Shown here: positions 37,177 to 47,430 of the stretch, in pieces
Layout: every line of letters starts with the position of its first letter
Numbering within the stretch: position 1 is the stretch's first letter
IMG/VR virus record: IMGVR_UViG_3300020395_000006
Location: 4,265 to 68,264 of that record
Source of the DNA: a virus
Strand: one strand, 5' to 3'
DNA length: 64,000 nucleotides
Program-made: the position numbers and the translations under genes
The notes under the pieces: generated by a model
The model's database searches: none
Told to the model about the DNA's origin: nothing
The model's input: the letters and a program-made list of their open reading frames with translations, nothing else

Positions 37177-39101
37177 TGGGAGTTTATGTAGAACAAAATA
37201 AAGACTATAAACCTTCTAGTAAATTCCACGTCCATGTAGATCAAGCAGAGATAGACAGTGGGGAAATGCCAAAAGGAAATGAATGGTGTGACCTCGGAGG
37301 ATGTAAAGTACCTAATGCTCATGGATTAAATGGAATTGGAAACGATTCTGATGAATATACTGGAAAAATAGACTTAGATCCTGAATCACCTACTTTTGGA
37401 ATGATAAATTCCAAATACGGATTTCAAGTTGCTAGATTTGGAGTAGAATGGACAAATAGTATAGATTGGATCCCTGGATCAGTAGGTACATACCAAGGAC
37501 ATGGAAGTGCAAGTGATCAAGATAAAGAAGCATATAACAAAATTCTAAATCATCCAAATACAGTGGTAGTTCTAACCAATAAAATGGTAGAACTAAAGAC
37601 ATGGGCAAGAATTAATGGTCTTGATGAAGATGAAATGTATAAAAAATTATACAACAATAATGAAGCACTTGCTAATATTTTTCAGCAAGTAGAACCAAGA
37701 ATGGAAATTGAAAATAGAGCAGGTGGAATTAATAATATATGCTTTGAAAATAGAGGTATGGATACTGATTGCAAGAATCCAAATATAGATATTATAAACA
37801 ATATAACTGGAATTGGTAAAACAACTAATTTAGGTATTGGAACTGATGGTAATGTTATTGTTGGAGTACAAACAACAAATACAACAAATTTAAATGAACA
37901 AATGCTTAATGCTACTGATGGTAAAAAAGGTGTCAATGATTTAATAATGAAATCTTCAGAAATATCACCAATTCTTATTGAGGATAGATTCAAAGAAGTT
38001 CCAAAAGAATTCCAAAAATCATTTGGGTTTGACGGAATCGTAAGTTTGAAATATCCACATGATGCTGTTTATGGTGGTGGTGGTGAAAGTGGTCAAGATC
38101 ATATTGTTATAGAACAATTTAGATATAAACCACCTCAAATGGACCTATTAGGTACCGCACCATCAGAGGTAGTTGGTCAAGATGGTATAGTAAAACTGGA
38201 AGGTGGCACAAGTTTAGATAACATTGCAACAGGTCTTACAAGAAATAGTAATTTACGTGATTTTATAGGTCTTTGTAAGATGCCTATCCCAAATCAACTA
38301 AACTTTTCTAATGGAGTTAGTTGGAGTGGTGAAAGAGCAAATGCTGTTGAAGCTGCTTCATTTTTTGCTGCACAAAATGTAGCAACTGGATTAATGGATG
38401 AGGGAATTGGAAAAGGTCTTAGTACAGCTATGAATGAATTTGGTTCATTTATGGATACAGTCAAATCTGGTGGATTTGCTGCAGATCAACCAGCAGGGCA
38501 ACTTTTATCTGCATTTATTTCTCAATATGCACTAGGTCGATTAGGTATCAATGTAAACCCAAATCAATTCATAGCAAGAGCACAAGGTGTTGCAATAAAT
38601 CCCAACTTAGAACTTCTATTCAATGGACCTAAATTGAGATCTTTTGGTTTCCAATTTAATTTTGCACCAAACGATGAGCAAGATGCATCTATTACAAGAA
38701 AAATTCAAAGATTCTTCAAACAAGGTATGTCACCACAAAAGAATGAATCTAATCTTATATTCTTAGGATCACCAAATGTTTTTAGACTTAGATATAGAAC
38801 AAAGGAAAGAGATAGGATAAAAGGTTTACCAATGCATAAAATATGTGCACTTACAACATGTGAAATAAACTATGCTCCAGATAATGTTTACCAATCATAT
38901 GAAGATACCGTAGCAGGATCTCAACCAATAAGAAGTACAATGACTCTGAATTTTACAGAACTTACACCTATATTTGAAAGTGATTACAGAGAATCTGTAG
39001 CAGATGCAGGTTTTGATCCAGCAACAGAAGATTTATTTGGTCAGCGTACAGATGGATCTGACCCATTCCAACCTATAAGTATTGAGGATACAGGTTTCTA
39101 A
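37176..39101 (+). CDS. gp48: baseplate tail tube cap
   Basis: NPNLELLFNGP-LRSF-FQF--AP, I-RFFKQGM, P-VF, L-FTEL-PI. Confidence 0.85.
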   Translation: MGVYVEQNKDYKPSSKFHVHVDQAEIDSGEMPKGNEWCDLGGCKVPNAHGLNGIGNDSDEYTGKIDLDPESPTFGMINSKYGFQVARFGVEWTNSIDWIPGSVGTYQGHGSASDQDKEAYNKILNHPNTVVVLTNKMVELKTWARINGLDEDEMYKKLYNNNEALANIFQQVEPRMEIENRAGGINNICFENRGMDTDCKNPNIDIINNITGIGKTTNLGIGTDGNVIVGVQTTNTTNLNEQMLNATDGKKGVNDLIMKSSEISPILIEDRFKEVPKEFQKSFGFDGIVSLKYPHDAVYGGGGESGQDHIVIEQFRYKPPQMDLLGTAPSEVVGQDGIVKLEGGTSLDNIATGLTRNSNLRDFIGLCKMPIPNQLNFSNGVSWSGERANAVEAASFFAAQNVATGLMDEGIGKGLSTAMNEFGSFMDTVKSGGFAADQPAGQLLSAFISQYALGRLGINVNPNQFIARAQGVAINPNLELLFNGPKLRSFGFQFNFAPNDEQDASITRKIQRFFKQGMSPQKNESNLIFLGSPNVFRLRYRTKERDRIKGLPMHKICALTTCEINYAPDNVYQSYEDTVAGSQPIRSTMTLNFTELTPIFESDYRESVADAGFDPATEDLFGQRTDGSDPFQPISIEDTGF

Positions 39102-39102
39102 A

Positions 39103-39783
39103 ATGGCATATTTCGACGAATTCCCCGATATTCTTCTACCGTCATTTACGGAAGATAGAAATTCTAACTTTGATTTCGTAAAATCAAAGAATTTATTCAA
39201 ACGTGCTAAAATTCGTGATGATTTTTGGCAAAATGCAACTGTATTTGATCAATACTCTATAACTGGGGATGATAGACCAGATAATGTTGCAAAGAAAATA
39301 TATAATGACTCTAATCTTGATTGGGTTGTATTAATAGCAAATAATGTAATCAATATTCGAGATGAATGGCCAATGTCACAATATGACCTTAATAGATATC
39401 TTGATAACAAATATGCCCAAGATCAATTATCAGAAATACATCATTATGAAACAAAGAAAATAATAGGAAAGAATAATCTACTTCTATTAGAAGAAGGACA
39501 TCATGTAGATGAAAATTTTACCCTATCATATTCATATGACAATGGACAAGGACGTGCAGCAGTAGAAACCATATCTGGTGCAAATATCGTTACATCCGTT
39601 TCATACTATCAAAATGAAATTAATAAAAATGACGATAAAAGAACAATATACATTTTACGTCCAGAATACCTAGAAACCATATTTGCCGATATGAGAGAAA
39701 TAATGACATATACCAATAGTTCCCAATATATCAATAGACGCATGAAAAAAGGTGCTAACTTGAGAATACTATCCCCAAGATAA
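39103..39783 (+). CDS. gp53: baseplate wedge subunit
   Basis: RPDNVA-KIY----DWVVL-ANN--N--EWP, IHHYET. Confidence 0.9.
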   Translation: MAYFDEFPDILLPSFTEDRNSNFDFVKSKNLFKRAKIRDDFWQNATVFDQYSITGDDRPDNVAKKIYNDSNLDWVVLIANNVINIRDEWPMSQYDLNRYLDNKYAQDQLSEIHHYETKKIIGKNNLLLLEEGHHVDENFTLSYSYDNGQGRAAVETISGANIVTSVSYYQNEINKNDDKRTIYILRPEYLETIFADMREIMTYTNSSQYINRRMKKGANLRILSPR

Positions 39784-39790
39784 CACCAAA

Positions 39791-39857
39791 AAAACCTTTT
39801 TGAGATTTTTTGGCGGAGTTTTTTTCCGCCCTTTTTTCAATCCAAAAGTCGAATTTG
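39791..39857 (-). repeat. dispersed ~67-nt element, copy 1; also a bidirectional terminator-like hairpin
   Basis: AAAACC...GAGTTTTTT...AAAAGTCGAATTTG (+ reading) with a GGCGGA/TCCGCC stem, between convergent genes. Confidence 0.7.
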
Positions 39858-39863
39858 CCTGAG

Positions 39864-40148
39864 CTAAAACTTCTTCGGATGTGTAACAACATCACCATGT
39901 ATCTCACCGATGTCATCGATGTGAGCATGGTCTATTGCTTCAATATGTGCATGATCCACACTGATGTGTGAATCTTCTACAACTTTCACTTTATACACAA
40001 TCTTGGACTGTTTCTTAGCGAAGTGAAAATCAATTCTTTTCTTCAACCAATATACAAAAGCAAGTACCAATATAAATTGAATACCTTCTCCCCAAGACAG
40101 GTTCCATGCCTCGTTTAGATCGAGGCTTGCTGCTGCAAAATAATACAT
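39864..40148 (-). CDS. hypothetical membrane protein with His-rich C-terminus
   Basis: One hydrophobic helix; DHAHI repeated. Confidence 0.65.
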   Translation of the reverse strand: MYYFAAASLDLNEAWNLSWGEGIQFILVLAFVYWLKKRIDFHFAKKQSKIVYKVKVVEDSHISVDHAHIEAIDHAHIDDIGEIHGDVVTHPKKF

Positions 40149-41069
40149 TTATTCTTCTGCTAAACGCTGGAAGTAAGATAATGCATCATCATCTTCATTA
40201 GATGGTGCTGCACCTGCTGCCACAGGTGTCTTTACGACACGCTCCTCCTCGGTTACTTGTTTGCGAGACTTGAGGGTAACTTCCTCTTGCTCATCAAACG
40301 TTTCTGGGTCAAGTGACTTTCTAGCACTTGATGGATTCAACACATTGTTCAATCTCTTTTCAAGATCAGCAAATGATTTGAACTGATCTGCTTTTGTGAA
40401 CTCCTCTAGCGAATGCTGAGACTTCCACAATGTTTCCAATGCATCGTCATCATCTAGCAATGCTTCAGTCTTAGTGAACTCAGAGGAATCGTAGTTACGA
40501 TAACCTGCTACGTTCTTTGCCTTCAACTTGAAGTTTGCACCTTGCCAGAAATCAAATGGATCAATTGCTTCCTCATCCTCAAACTCAGGTTGCATTGCTG
40601 CAGTAATTTTATCAAAGATCTTCTTACCAAACTTGTATAAGAATACTTTACCATCGTTTGCAGGATTTGCAGGATCCTTCACAACATATATGTTAGCAAT
40701 ATATGTGAGTTTTCTCTTCTGCTTTCTTGCTTGATCTTTATCTTCGTCACTGCCACTATTCCATAAGCGACGATTGTACTCCGACACTGGATCACTTTGA
40801 CCTAGTGTGGTGAGGCTGTTCTCAATGTACCAACCACCTGGTCCTTGAAAAGCATGTGACCATACTTTTGCCCATGGTAGTTCTTCCCCATCGGGTGCAG
40901 GAAGAAAACGGATTACAGCATAACCGTTACCTGCTTTGTCTACTTCTAGTTTCCAAAGACGATCATCAGCACCGCCACTGGTTGTTTTGTTCATCTTCTC
41001 AATCTCTTTGGTGAGTTTGGAAGTTAAACTGCCTAGTCTAGACTGTTTTTTTAGATTTGAAAATGACAT
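40149..41069 (-). CDS. gp32: single-stranded DNA-binding protein
   Basis: GNGYAVIRFLP, WYIENSLTT, FGKKIFDK, GANFKLK, NYDSSEF; acidic tail. Confidence 0.95.
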   Translation of the reverse strand: MSFSNLKKQSRLGSLTSKLTKEIEKMNKTTSGGADDRLWKLEVDKAGNGYAVIRFLPAPDGEELPWAKVWSHAFQGPGGWYIENSLTTLGQSDPVSEYNRRLWNSGSDEDKDQARKQKRKLTYIANIYVVKDPANPANDGKVFLYKFGKKIFDKITAAMQPEFEDEEAIDPFDFWQGANFKLKAKNVAGYRNYDSSEFTKTEALLDDDDALETLWKSQHSLEEFTKADQFKSFADLEKRLNNVLNPSSARKSLDPETFDEQEEVTLKSRKQVTEEERVVKTPVAAGAAPSNEDDDALSYFQRLAEE

Positions 41070-41112
41070 ATTTGTCGTATTAGGTGGATTGTTAGATTGT
41101 TCACCAGACCAT

Positions 41113-41141
41113 AGTATATACCACTATTTAGGTCTTGTCAA
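41113..41141 (-). promoter_or_regulatory. gp32 sigma70 promoter with an embedded late promoter
   Basis: TTGACA-N17-TATACT with CTAAATA in the spacer (41125-41131). Confidence 0.75.
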
Positions 41142-42045
41142 CCACCTCTCCTATCTGTATTCCATAGTCAATTTCGGGTGGTACTATCAGGCAAAAACCT
41201 ATACCACAATTGAATACTCTCCTCATTTCATACTCTCCTACTTCACCTGCTTGCTGAAGTTTATTGAAAACATCAGGACGTTCCCAAGAACCCCAATCAA
41301 TTTGTGCTTCTAACCCTTCAGGAATAATTCTAGATACATTTTCCTCCAATCCACCACCAGTGATGTGTGCCATACCAACAATAGGTATCTCATTCATCAA
41401 CTCATGTATAAGTTTCGCATAGATTGTAGTAGGAGTAAGTAACTCAGGCATATCTTTATAATATATCTTTTGTCTCCATAACATATCATTGATCAAACTA
41501 TATCCATTACTATGTACTCCACTACTACGTAAACCAATGATCTTATCACCTGGTTTGATAAGACTACCATCAACCATCTCTGACTTCTCAACTATACCTG
41601 TACAAAAACCAGCAAGATCAAGATCATCAGCATATGTTGGTGGAGGTCCAGGTCTAGGATGTTCAGCAGTTTCTCCACCTAGGAGTCTACAACCTGCTAT
41701 CTCACATCCTCTAATAATACCTTGCATAATCTCATTCAAAAGAGGAGATATCTTACCAGTAGAAATATAATCTAAGAAGTATAAAGGTTTAGCACCACAT
41801 GTAATCACATCATTGACACACATGGCAACGAGATCAATTCCTATAGTACTATAATCATTATTAACTCTTGCTATGTTTATCTTAGTACCAACGCCATCAG
41901 CACCAGATACTAAAACAGGTTTCTCATATCCATAAGGAACTTCAAACATACCACCGAAACCACCAATGTCAGGTGCTTTCTTTTTCAATTCCTCAACAAA
42001 AGCATTACCTGCTTCAATGTCAACACCAGAATCTTTATAATTCAT
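41128..42045 (-). CDS. purM: phosphoribosylaminoimidazole (AIR) synthetase
   Basis: YKDSGVDI, DGVGTK, GIDLVAMCVND, GGETAE, SSGVHSNGYSL, HITGGG, FNCGIG. Confidence 0.95.
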   Translation of the reverse strand: MNYKDSGVDIEAGNAFVEELKKKAPDIGGFGGMFEVPYGYEKPVLVSGADGVGTKINIARVNNDYSTIGIDLVAMCVNDVITCGAKPLYFLDYISTGKISPLLNEIMQGIIRGCEIAGCRLLGGETAEHPRPGPPPTYADDLDLAGFCTGIVEKSEMVDGSLIKPGDKIIGLRSSGVHSNGYSLINDMLWRQKIYYKDMPELLTPTTIYAKLIHELMNEIPIVGMAHITGGGLEENVSRIIPEGLEAQIDWGSWERPDVFNKLQQAGEVGEYEMRRVFNCGIGFCLIVPPEIDYGIQIGEVVDKT

Positions 42046-42139
42046 TATCTTGTGGGGGATGATTCAAAATCCAGATCCATACGATACCTAACACCATGAT
42101 GACAAATAGTCTAATGGATTCTGGTGATGTGTCAATCAC
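42035..42139 (-). CDS. small membrane peptide (34 aa)
   Basis: Manually translated from GTG: MIDTSPESIRLFVIMVLGIVWIWILNHPPQDNEL; fills the gap between its neighbours. Confidence 0.5.
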   Translation of the reverse strand: MIDTSPESIRLFVIMVLGIVWIWILNHPPQDNEL

Positions 42140-42431
42140 GTTGTCTCCAATCGTCAGATCTTTCTTGATGAAACCATTCTACTACATCATCTGGACTTCC
42201 GAAACCCCTTTTATGATTGCTTGAATCGGGGTCTCCTATGTTCAAGCTATTGAGAAAAGACTCGTCAGGATTTGTACTCATCCTACGAGCCTTATTCAAC
42301 ATACCTCTTGCAGCAGTATTTGCTTTTGCTAATTTCTGTGCCCATATCATGTCTTGCATACTGACCTCAGTTCCAGAGGCAATGTCCTTACATATAGATT
42401 CCAACCGCAAACGGTATTGTGTAGATAACAT
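42132..42431 (-). CDS. cyanophage hypothetical protein
   Basis: ORF track; TAAATA late-type box at 42453-42458. Confidence 0.7.
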   Translation of the reverse strand: MLSTQYRLRLESICKDIASGTEVSMQDMIWAQKLAKANTAARGMLNKARRMSTNPDESFLNSLNIGDPDSSNHKRGFGSPDDVVEWFHQERSDDWRQRD

Positions 42432-42463
42432 AAGTTCTCAATAACTACAAAGTATTTACACAC

Positions 42464-42787
42464 TCACATCTTCTTTGATAAGTTATCTAAGGTTTCCCTC
42501 ATATTCTGAAATATCATATTCATACTGACATCTTTGAATCCCATAGCAGAAGATGTCAACATGATTTTTTCCTTCATCTTCTTTGCTTCTGGATCATCAG
42601 ACAATGATAGTCTTGTCCACATAACTTCTTGTCTATCTAATAGATCAACAAGTTTATCCATGTGTTCCTTCTTTTCTACGTCCGACATAGTACCGAACCG
42701 CATAATAACAGAATACAATTCCTTTTGTATCTCAAAGATTTCTTCCATCTCTTGACGGATTATCTCTGACTCAAAAAATTCACTCAT
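42464..42787 (-). CDS. DUF1825-like protein
   Basis: FFESEII...RLSLSDDPEAK. Confidence 0.7.
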   Translation of the reverse strand: MSEFFESEIIRQEMEEIFEIQKELYSVIMRFGTMSDVEKKEHMDKLVDLLDRQEVMWTRLSLSDDPEAKKMKEKIMLTSSAMGFKDVSMNMIFQNMRETLDNLSKKM

Positions 42788-43379
42788 ACCTTTCTTTTAC
42801 TCTTTGTAGTAAGTAGTTACGATACTTGTCCTTGTCAATATTTAGAAAGGGTAAGTACTTCTTGATCTTTAGACCAACAGTCTTCCATACTGGATCATCT
42901 AACTGTTTATCATAGTCTTTACAGTAAGAAAATAGTTTTTCATAGATACACATCTCTTCTACACTTACCTTCCCACCAAGATGCTCCTTGAGTATAGGTG
43001 GGTGACCTTTAGATGCATCAAAGAACTCTTCATAATCATACTGATCCATCATATCTTCTGAACCCTGCTTGAAATTATAGAATAAACTTTGCTGTCTCTT
43101 CTGCCAATTTTTATATACTATCTCACCATCTCGAATCATATTACCTATCCATAAACCTTGAGGATTATCAGTGTCTACAAAGTTAGCAAGAAAGAAATCA
43201 CATACCTCCTCATCTTTATACTTCCTTGATGTCTTTTCAAAGAAGTACCTATCCTTTCTCTTATAGAAAGAATCTATCTTAGCTCTTGATGAACCACCAT
43301 ACTTATGGTAGTCATACTTCTCCTTAGTAAAATGATTCTTGAATGCTAAGTATTGTTTGTAAGTATCAAAGGGAGTCAT
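42780..43379 (-). CDS. gp59: helicase loader
   Basis: YLAFKNHFT--YDY-KY, F-KRKDRYFFEK, FFLANF. Confidence 0.88.
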   Translation of the reverse strand: MTPFDTYKQYLAFKNHFTKEKYDYHKYGGSSRAKIDSFYKRKDRYFFEKTSRKYKDEEVCDFFLANFVDTDNPQGLWIGNMIRDGEIVYKNWQKRQQSLFYNFKQGSEDMMDQYDYEEFFDASKGHPPILKEHLGGKVSVEEMCIYEKLFSYCKDYDKQLDDPVWKTVGLKIKKYLPFLNIDKDKYRNYLLQRVKERYE

Positions 43380-44343
43380 TGATAATCTCGACTTCAGCAT
43401 CTGTCAACTCAGGATAAATTGGTAACGATACAACTGTCTTTGATAACATGACTGCATTTTCTGTAGGTGCAAGTGTATATGGATAGTTGATTCTAGTAGG
43501 ATAACATACTTTCTTTCTAAAGTCATCCCTATCATCTAATTGGATAACAAACTTCTGTACAGCATGTGTGTACAGGTCATTTATCAATACCTTATACTTA
43601 CAATTCTCCATCCAATACTTAGCGATTTCCTTCCTCCTTCTTTCCCACTCCTCCAAATACTTTGCCTTGATCATCATACATGCACAATCTAACTCACTCA
43701 TTTTTGAATTAGTTGCTACATCTGTGTACTTCGGATGATGATGGTGACGAAAGTTTTTTATAAACTCATACAACTCAGGTATTGATGTACAGATAGCACC
43801 TCCATTTCCATAATTAGGTAGGTTCTTCATTGGATCGAATGACATTGTACATATGTCACCGATTCTTTTGAACCCATTACCTGTCCAATTCTGTGCACCA
43901 TCTTCACATATGATACCCTTCTGTGGTTTGAGTGCTGCACCATATAATCCTACCAACACAACAAGATCTGTCCACTCCTCTGCATGTGCATCTTGCATCA
44001 GTCCATACTCATCGACCTCGACATACTTTATTTTACAACCAACTCTCTTGAATGCATTGTCTGTGGCAATGAATGAGAATGCAGGAAGATATACAGTGCC
44101 ATCATAAGTTTTTTTGTACCATTCTGCTACAATTTCTAATGCCTGTGTTCCATTATCTACCGTGAGTGTGGGTTGCTTATTTTTCTTAGTCAACCACTCC
44201 TCAAAGTATCTTGTATTTGGACCCAACATATGTTGACCAGTCGAATAGACATGATCAGTTGCTTCTAGTATTTGATCACGTAGAAACTTATACTGACGCT
44301 GTAAACCAGTGAACTTGATCGTAGAACTCTGTGAACCAATCAT
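43366..44343 (-). CDS. DegT/DnrJ/EryC1/StrS family sugar aminotransferase
   Basis: NGTQAL, FIAT, EDGAQ, SFDPMKNL--YG-GG, SLPIYPELT. Confidence 0.9.
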   Translation of the reverse strand: MIGSQSSTIKFTGLQRQYKFLRDQILEATDHVYSTGQHMLGPNTRYFEEWLTKKNKQPTLTVDNGTQALEIVAEWYKKTYDGTVYLPAFSFIATDNAFKRVGCKIKYVEVDEYGLMQDAHAEEWTDLVVLVGLYGAALKPQKGIICEDGAQNWTGNGFKRIGDICTMSFDPMKNLPNYGNGGAICTSIPELYEFIKNFRHHHHPKYTDVATNSKMSELDCACMMIKAKYLEEWERRRKEIAKYWMENCKYKVLINDLYTHAVQKFVIQLDDRDDFRKKVCYPTRINYPYTLAPTENAVMLSKTVVSLPIYPELTDAEVEIINDSL

Positions 44344-45247
44344 AGTAACTTTGAAGACCCTCCTCTAAATTTGTTGTTGGATTGTAACCTAATTGTTCCC
44401 TTGCTTTGTCGATGCACAGTTCATCTCTGCTAGGAAACTTGCCATCTTTTTCTTGTACTATAACTTCACCATCACCAACCATATCTATTATACATTGTGC
44501 TGCATCATAAATTGTTCTTGCCTGTCCCCTAGTTATATTATAAGTTTCATTTGGTAATCCTAAATTAGTAACTCTGCATATGCCACTGGCAGTATCATCT
44601 ACAAAACTAAAATCAAGTTTCTCCTCCTTTCCATTTACTCTCAATGGTTTTCCTGTTCTAGCGTTCAATAAGAATTTTGCAATCACTCGGTCTCCTACAT
44701 CACGAGGACCATACACTGCTGATGGTCTTATAATATTATATTCCATACCAAATCTTCTACCATAATCTTTCACCATTTTCTCACCAGTGTATTTCATAAT
44801 AGCATACAGACCTTTCGGATTGCATGGGTCGTCTTCTTTAGCAGGACCACTCATATCACCATACACCATAGATGATGAGATATAAATCAATCTTCTGTGT
44901 TTACATATTTCTAGAATGTTTAGAAGACCTTCCATCATAGTCTTGACACCCTCTTGAGGATTAATATCAACACTCTTCTGTCGAGGGAATGATGCAAGAT
45001 GTACTACCACATCAGGGTCAAACTCTACTGCTTTATACAACGCTACGAAATCACAAATATCTGTTGTCAATATGTCTGACTTGATAAACTTCTTCCTCTC
45101 CTTTACAAGACTTTTCAACTCATCTGATTGAATTGAACCATAAGTGGTATGATTATCTACTATCAATACATCATGTCCCTGTTTCTCAAGCAGATACACA
45201 ACTCTATGACCTATGAATCCACATCCTCCTGTCACTAATACTCTCAT
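44288..45247 (-). CDS. NAD-dependent nucleotide-sugar epimerase/dehydratase
   Basis: GGCGFIG, SSSMVYG, YAIMK (YxxxK), VYGP. Confidence 0.92.
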   Translation of the reverse strand: MRVLVTGGCGFIGHRVVYLLEKQGHDVLIVDNHTTYGSIQSDELKSLVKERKKFIKSDILTTDICDFVALYKAVEFDPDVVVHLASFPRQKSVDINPQEGVKTMMEGLLNILEICKHRRLIYISSSMVYGDMSGPAKEDDPCNPKGLYAIMKYTGEKMVKDYGRRFGMEYNIIRPSAVYGPRDVGDRVIAKFLLNARTGKPLRVNGKEEKLDFSFVDDTASGICRVTNLGLPNETYNITRGQARTIYDAAQCIIDMVGDGEVIVQEKDGKFPSRDELCIDKAREQLGYNPTTNLEEGLQSYYDWFTEFYDQVHWFTASV

Positions 45248-45248
45248 A

Positions 45249-45316
45249 AAAACCTATAGGGTAAAATTTTGCCAGAGTTTTTTTTCCGTAATCTGGTAAA
45301 CTAAAAGTCGATTTTG
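45249..45316 (-). repeat. dispersed ~67-nt element, copy 2
   Basis: AAAACC...GAGTTTTTTT...AAAAGTCGATTTTG (+ reading); CCAGA/TCTGG stem. Confidence 0.65.
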
Positions 45317-46029
45317 CTCCAGTGTTTGTACAATGGATGATCTTTAGATAGATCTGTGATGGGTGGTTCCTGATGGAACAAACAGACTGAGAACTCAGGT
45401 CTGTATTCAAAGCATGGTTTCATATCATTCTCCCAGTAATGTTTTGGAAGACAACCTTCACGGTAAGAGTAGAAAATCTTTGGAAAGAATGTTGGTTTGA
45501 TACCTGATCTATGATACCATTTATCAGTTCCAACTATGTTCTTTACAATGGTTCTCCAATCAGACTCCCATCTTTCATAGATCCATCTGTTGTCTAACCA
45601 AGTCATGACACTGGTATTATACTGTGGTTCATGTGGATGTGCAACCCTAAACTTGATACCCTTCCACACTGCTCTGATCACTGCCCAATCTTCTTTCGAT
45701 TCAAATATCGGAGACAGATCTCCTTGTATGACTAGATCTAAATCAAAGTAAAACTTACGTTCATATCTTAACAACTCACCTCTACCAAATATTTCTACTT
45801 TATTCCAAGTTGGCCACCACCCTTCACTCACTCGTGGTTGCATATTATATGTGTAAATGTCTGGATGAATTCCAGTGGGATCATCAGTAAAACAAAGCAC
45901 ATCATCATCAGTCTGCTGCCTGATCGCTTTGTATAGATTGTTTACATACTCATGTGAATATAACTTGCCTATCTTAAGACAAATCACACAATTCTGGGAA
46001 AACTTCTTTGTAGTTTGTTTTGTTAACAT
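45301..46029 (-). CDS. putative glycosyltransferase (GT-A, GT8-like)
   Basis: CLKIG-LY---YVN-L, CFTDD, W-K--IF, FDLD (DxD), NTSVM; start uncertain. Confidence 0.65.
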   Translation of the reverse strand: MLTKQTTKKFSQNCVICLKIGKLYSHEYVNNLYKAIRQQTDDDVLCFTDDPTGIHPDIYTYNMQPRVSEGWWPTWNKVEIFGRGELLRYERKFYFDLDLVIQGDLSPIFESKEDWAVIRAVWKGIKFRVAHPHEPQYNTSVMTWLDNRWIYERWESDWRTIVKNIVGTDKWYHRSGIKPTFFPKIFYSYREGCLPKHYWENDMKPCFEYRPEFSVCLFHQEPPITDLSKDHPLYKHWSKIDF

Positions 46030-47167
46030 GATCAATCGCTTCAGTGTATTCCAAGAAATTATTCCAACGCTCCTCCCAATCATCAACCTTTGAAAGTAAG
46101 GTCTCACATAAAAAGTCTAGTCTTGTTCCTTTATATTTCTCTGCTAATTTCTTCCTAATGCTAGGATGAATAACCTCCATCCTACAAACTTTTGGTGTTA
46201 CAACTATATTAAATTTGTATGGTATATTTCTAGCAACACAGTAATCTACTATCTCATCTAAATGAAAGATTGATAATGATGACAATGTTATCCCTGCTGT
46301 AAACTCATTCAAATAAGGAACAATCATTCTTATATTCTCTTCTATTTGATCCCACTTAGAATAAAATCTCATGTAATCATTGTACTTTCCTACTGCTTCA
46401 ACAGACCATGTTATATCTACTTGTTTGAAATGCTTGAAGTAATCTGTTATCTTCTTCTCTTGCCAATGCAATACTGTCATATTAGAAGTGTATAATAATG
46501 CTATATTTTTAGATTCACCAATCTCAATTAGCATATCCAATAACTTATAATGAGATGGCATTACAAATGGTTCACCACCTATAATATGAAATGATTTTAT
46601 CTTCTTTGATAACTTCTTGAAAGACTCAAGTTGTATATCAAAAAGTTCTGGATTATCAACTGCCAAATCATATACCATACCCTCTTGATCAAATTTATCT
46701 ACTTGATCCAACTCTAACCACTCACCTATCTTAGGATTATACTCTGCTAATTTTTTTGCTTGCTCTTGTCTCTTACTTGATGCTTTTATATTACACATAA
46801 AACATGCAAGATTACATGCATTACCCCATACCCTCATCTTTACATCTAAAACTCTACCAAATCTAAGTTGAGGTAATGGTTTTCTTGGTGATGTTATACC
46901 TGCTTCCTCTGCAGCAATACAATCTCGACAAACATCCTTGACTAAAGGTGTCAAAGGATCAGGTTTCATCATATCGAGTCTAAGTTGACTCATTTGTTCA
47001 CTCTTGAAGAATTCATATGCACCATCTTTCAAATGTGTAGATTTGAAACTGGTATTCTCTCTGGACTTATAAGGATGATCAGTTACAGCATAGCAACATG
47101 GCATCATCATATGATATGAATCACTGTAAAGATGTGTGAAAGGATATCTACAGTAAACTCCTGCCAT
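45974..47167 (-). CDS. radical SAM protein with N-terminal SPASM/twitch-like cysteines
   Basis: CNLACFMC (CxxxCxxC), GGEPF, N-terminal C-PF...PCC...C--C. Confidence 0.88.
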   Translation of the reverse strand: MAGVYCRYPFTHLYSDSYHMMMPCCYAVTDHPYKSRENTSFKSTHLKDGAYEFFKSEQMSQLRLDMMKPDPLTPLVKDVCRDCIAAEEAGITSPRKPLPQLRFGRVLDVKMRVWGNACNLACFMCNIKASSKRQEQAKKLAEYNPKIGEWLELDQVDKFDQEGMVYDLAVDNPELFDIQLESFKKLSKKIKSFHIIGGEPFVMPSHYKLLDMLIEIGESKNIALLYTSNMTVLHWQEKKITDYFKHFKQVDITWSVEAVGKYNDYMRFYSKWDQIEENIRMIVPYLNEFTAGITLSSLSIFHLDEIVDYCVARNIPYKFNIVVTPKVCRMEVIHPSIRKKLAEKYKGTRLDFLCETLLSKVDDWEERWNNFLEYTEAIDHVNKTNYKEVFPELCDLS

Positions 47168-47430
47168 TACATTGCAAAGCGTGCTTTTGAAGTTCTCTTC
47201 AAATAATTTAGAGTCATTGCATTACATTTCAATTTTTCTTTCAGTGGTTTTGATATCAGTTTGTTGACTGATTCCAATTCAATGTTATTCTCTTCACAAT
47301 AGTGACAAATTGCTTCAATGTAATTCATAGAAGCATTATCCTTGACTAAGATTTCTATTTCATTAGAAAACTTATCTTGACACAAGAAGTTCTTCTTGAT
47401 CATTTCTTTGACTTCACTTTTGGATTTCAT
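47167..47430 (-). CDS. gp33: late transcription coactivator
   Basis: F---IE, YIEAI--YCEEN-IE-E-V-KLISKPLKEK. Confidence 0.88.
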   Translation of the reverse strand: MKSKSEVKEMIKKNFLCQDKFSNEIEILVKDNASMNYIEAICHYCEENNIELESVNKLISKPLKEKLKCNAMTLNYLKRTSKARFAM

